A stretch of DNA of 64,000 nucleotides from Eledone cirrhosa. Its lineage: Eukaryota. The notes beneath the pieces are model-generated. The model was given only the letters and a program-made list of their open reading frames with translations, ran no database searches and was not told where the DNA came from. A program made the translations under genes and the position numbers. Shown here piece by piece: positions 63,801 through 64,000 of this stretch (the first letter of the stretch is position 1; each line of letters starts with the position of its first letter). The stretch lies in assembly GCA_964016885.1 (NCBI GenBank), contig OZ024744.1, forward strand, positions 99,882,001-99,946,000. The letters are read 5' to 3'.

Positions 63801-64000
63801 AAAACAGGGTGCTGGGCATGGTTGGAGAGCTGTAAAGAAACAGTAGATGGTGGTAGTTGTAGCACTGTAAAACAGGGTGGTGGGCATGGTTGGAGAGCTG
63901 TAAAGAAACAATAGAAGGTGGGAGTTGTAGCACTGTAAAACAGGGTGGTGGGCATTGTTGGAGAGCTGTAAAGAGACAATAGATGGTGGGAGTTGTAGCA
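45850..64000. repeat. 68-bp satellite, >18 kb, running off the window end
   Basis: Consensus GTAGCACTGTAAAACAGGGTGGTGGGCATGGTTGGAGAGCTGTAAAGAAACAGTAGATGGTGGTAGTT; three monomers equal the 68-aa repeat in the ORF track. Confidence 0.99.

Noticed and set aside
45778-63979. Giant ORFs (4110, 3524, 1914 aa and others) as protein-coding genes
   Set aside because: They overlap in all three frames, are pure translations of a 68-bp tandem repeat, and tolerate 1-bp indels and sporadic stops; there is no coding signature.

Overview
Eukaryotic, gene-poor, repeat-saturated window. The SINE/LINE repertoire and the (CA)n/(TA)n/(ATGT)n density look like an octopus or other cephalopod genome; this is an inference from memory of such repeats, not a search. 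Bases 1-32,400 are a mosaic of mobile elements: a near full-length RTE LINE (7346-14370) whose 3' UTR hosts a nested R4/Dong-like RLE LINE and an L1/Tx1 fragment, three short internally deleted RTE derivatives, further R4/Dong-like, CRE and RTE fragments, a hAT (Charlie/Buster-type) element with a perfect 8-bp TSD, TTAA MITEs, tRNA-type SINEs, a Helitron cluster, two large foldback elements and several Penelope-type minimal hammerhead ribozyme motifs. One candidate host exon lies at 32131-32256. Bases ~32,450-45,690 are a 33-bp AT-rich satellite and ~45,850-64,000 a 68-bp satellite. The giant minus-strand ORFs are artefacts of that stop-free 68-bp monomer. The most notable observations are a covarying 5'UTR-3'UTR long-range stem shared by two RTE families and their deletion derivatives, and four hammerhead-bearing loci.
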